Shown here piece after piece: positions 63,916-64,000 of a stretch of 64,000 bases of DNA. The notes beneath the pieces are model-generated. The model saw only the letters and a program-made list of their open reading frames with translations, did not search any database and was not told where the DNA came from. Within the stretch, counting starts at the first letter, position 1. Each line of letters begins with the position of its first letter. Source of the stretch: Oscillospiraceae bacterium (lineage in GTDB: Bacteria > Bacillota > Clostridia > Oscillospirales > Oscillospiraceae); the NCBI GenBank assembly GCA_017622295.1, contig JAGARK010000074.1, positions 17,072 through 81,071 of the forward strand. The letters are read 5' to 3'. The position numbers and the translations under genes are program-made.

Positions 63916-64000
63916 ATGAGCGAGGTCTTCAGAACTGTGCTGAACGCCGGATTTCAGGGGAGTATTGTGATTGTGATGGTCATTCTTCTACGGATGGCGC
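63916..64000 (+). CDS. BlaR1/M56 peptidase family protein, 3' truncated
   Basis: MSEVFRTVLNAGFQGSIVIVMVILLR, typical M56 first TM, directly after blaI. Confidence 0.7.
   Translation, partial: MSEVFRTVLNAGFQGSIVIVMVILLRMA

Overview
Chromosomal, mostly housekeeping/metabolic DNA from a GC-rich anaerobic Firmicute. Gene content, the Prp/extended-L27 arrangement and the style of intergenic repeats suggest Clostridia, probably Oscillospiraceae (inference). Contents in order: xylose-type kinase/isomerase, ogt, a ferritin-VIT1 fusion, an esterase-acyltransferase fusion, plsC, nrdD/nrdG, SGNH hydrolase, rubrerythrin, radical SAM, cls, hexuronate catabolism (uxaC-uxuA-uxuB, eda-kdgK), three ABC importers, an ECF sigma/anti-sigma pair, a YhaO/YhaN-like nuclease-ATPase pair, a dockerin-bearing secreted protein, oppBCDFA, a four-gene Lgt-like/phosphodiester-glycosidase operon, split transketolase, two identical tRNA-Val(GAC), apbE, rplU-prp-rpmA-obgE, AraC, YmdB and blaI/blaR1-like genes. 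I see no integrase, transposase, prophage or CRISPR array. Most notable: (1) a tightly coupled, internally duplicated operon pairing catalytically diverged Lgt-like membrane proteins with NAGPA/DUF2233-type phosphodiester glycosidases, one copy fused (best candidate for an undescribed envelope system); (2) a split class III RNR whose glycyl-radical motif is on a separate 53-aa ORF missing from the ORF track; (3) a circularly permuted OppA; (4) a structured element built from mirror copies of the adjacent tRNA-Val 3' end; (5) MITE-like intergenic elements carrying a nested repeat. All calls come from reading motifs by eye; no searches were run.
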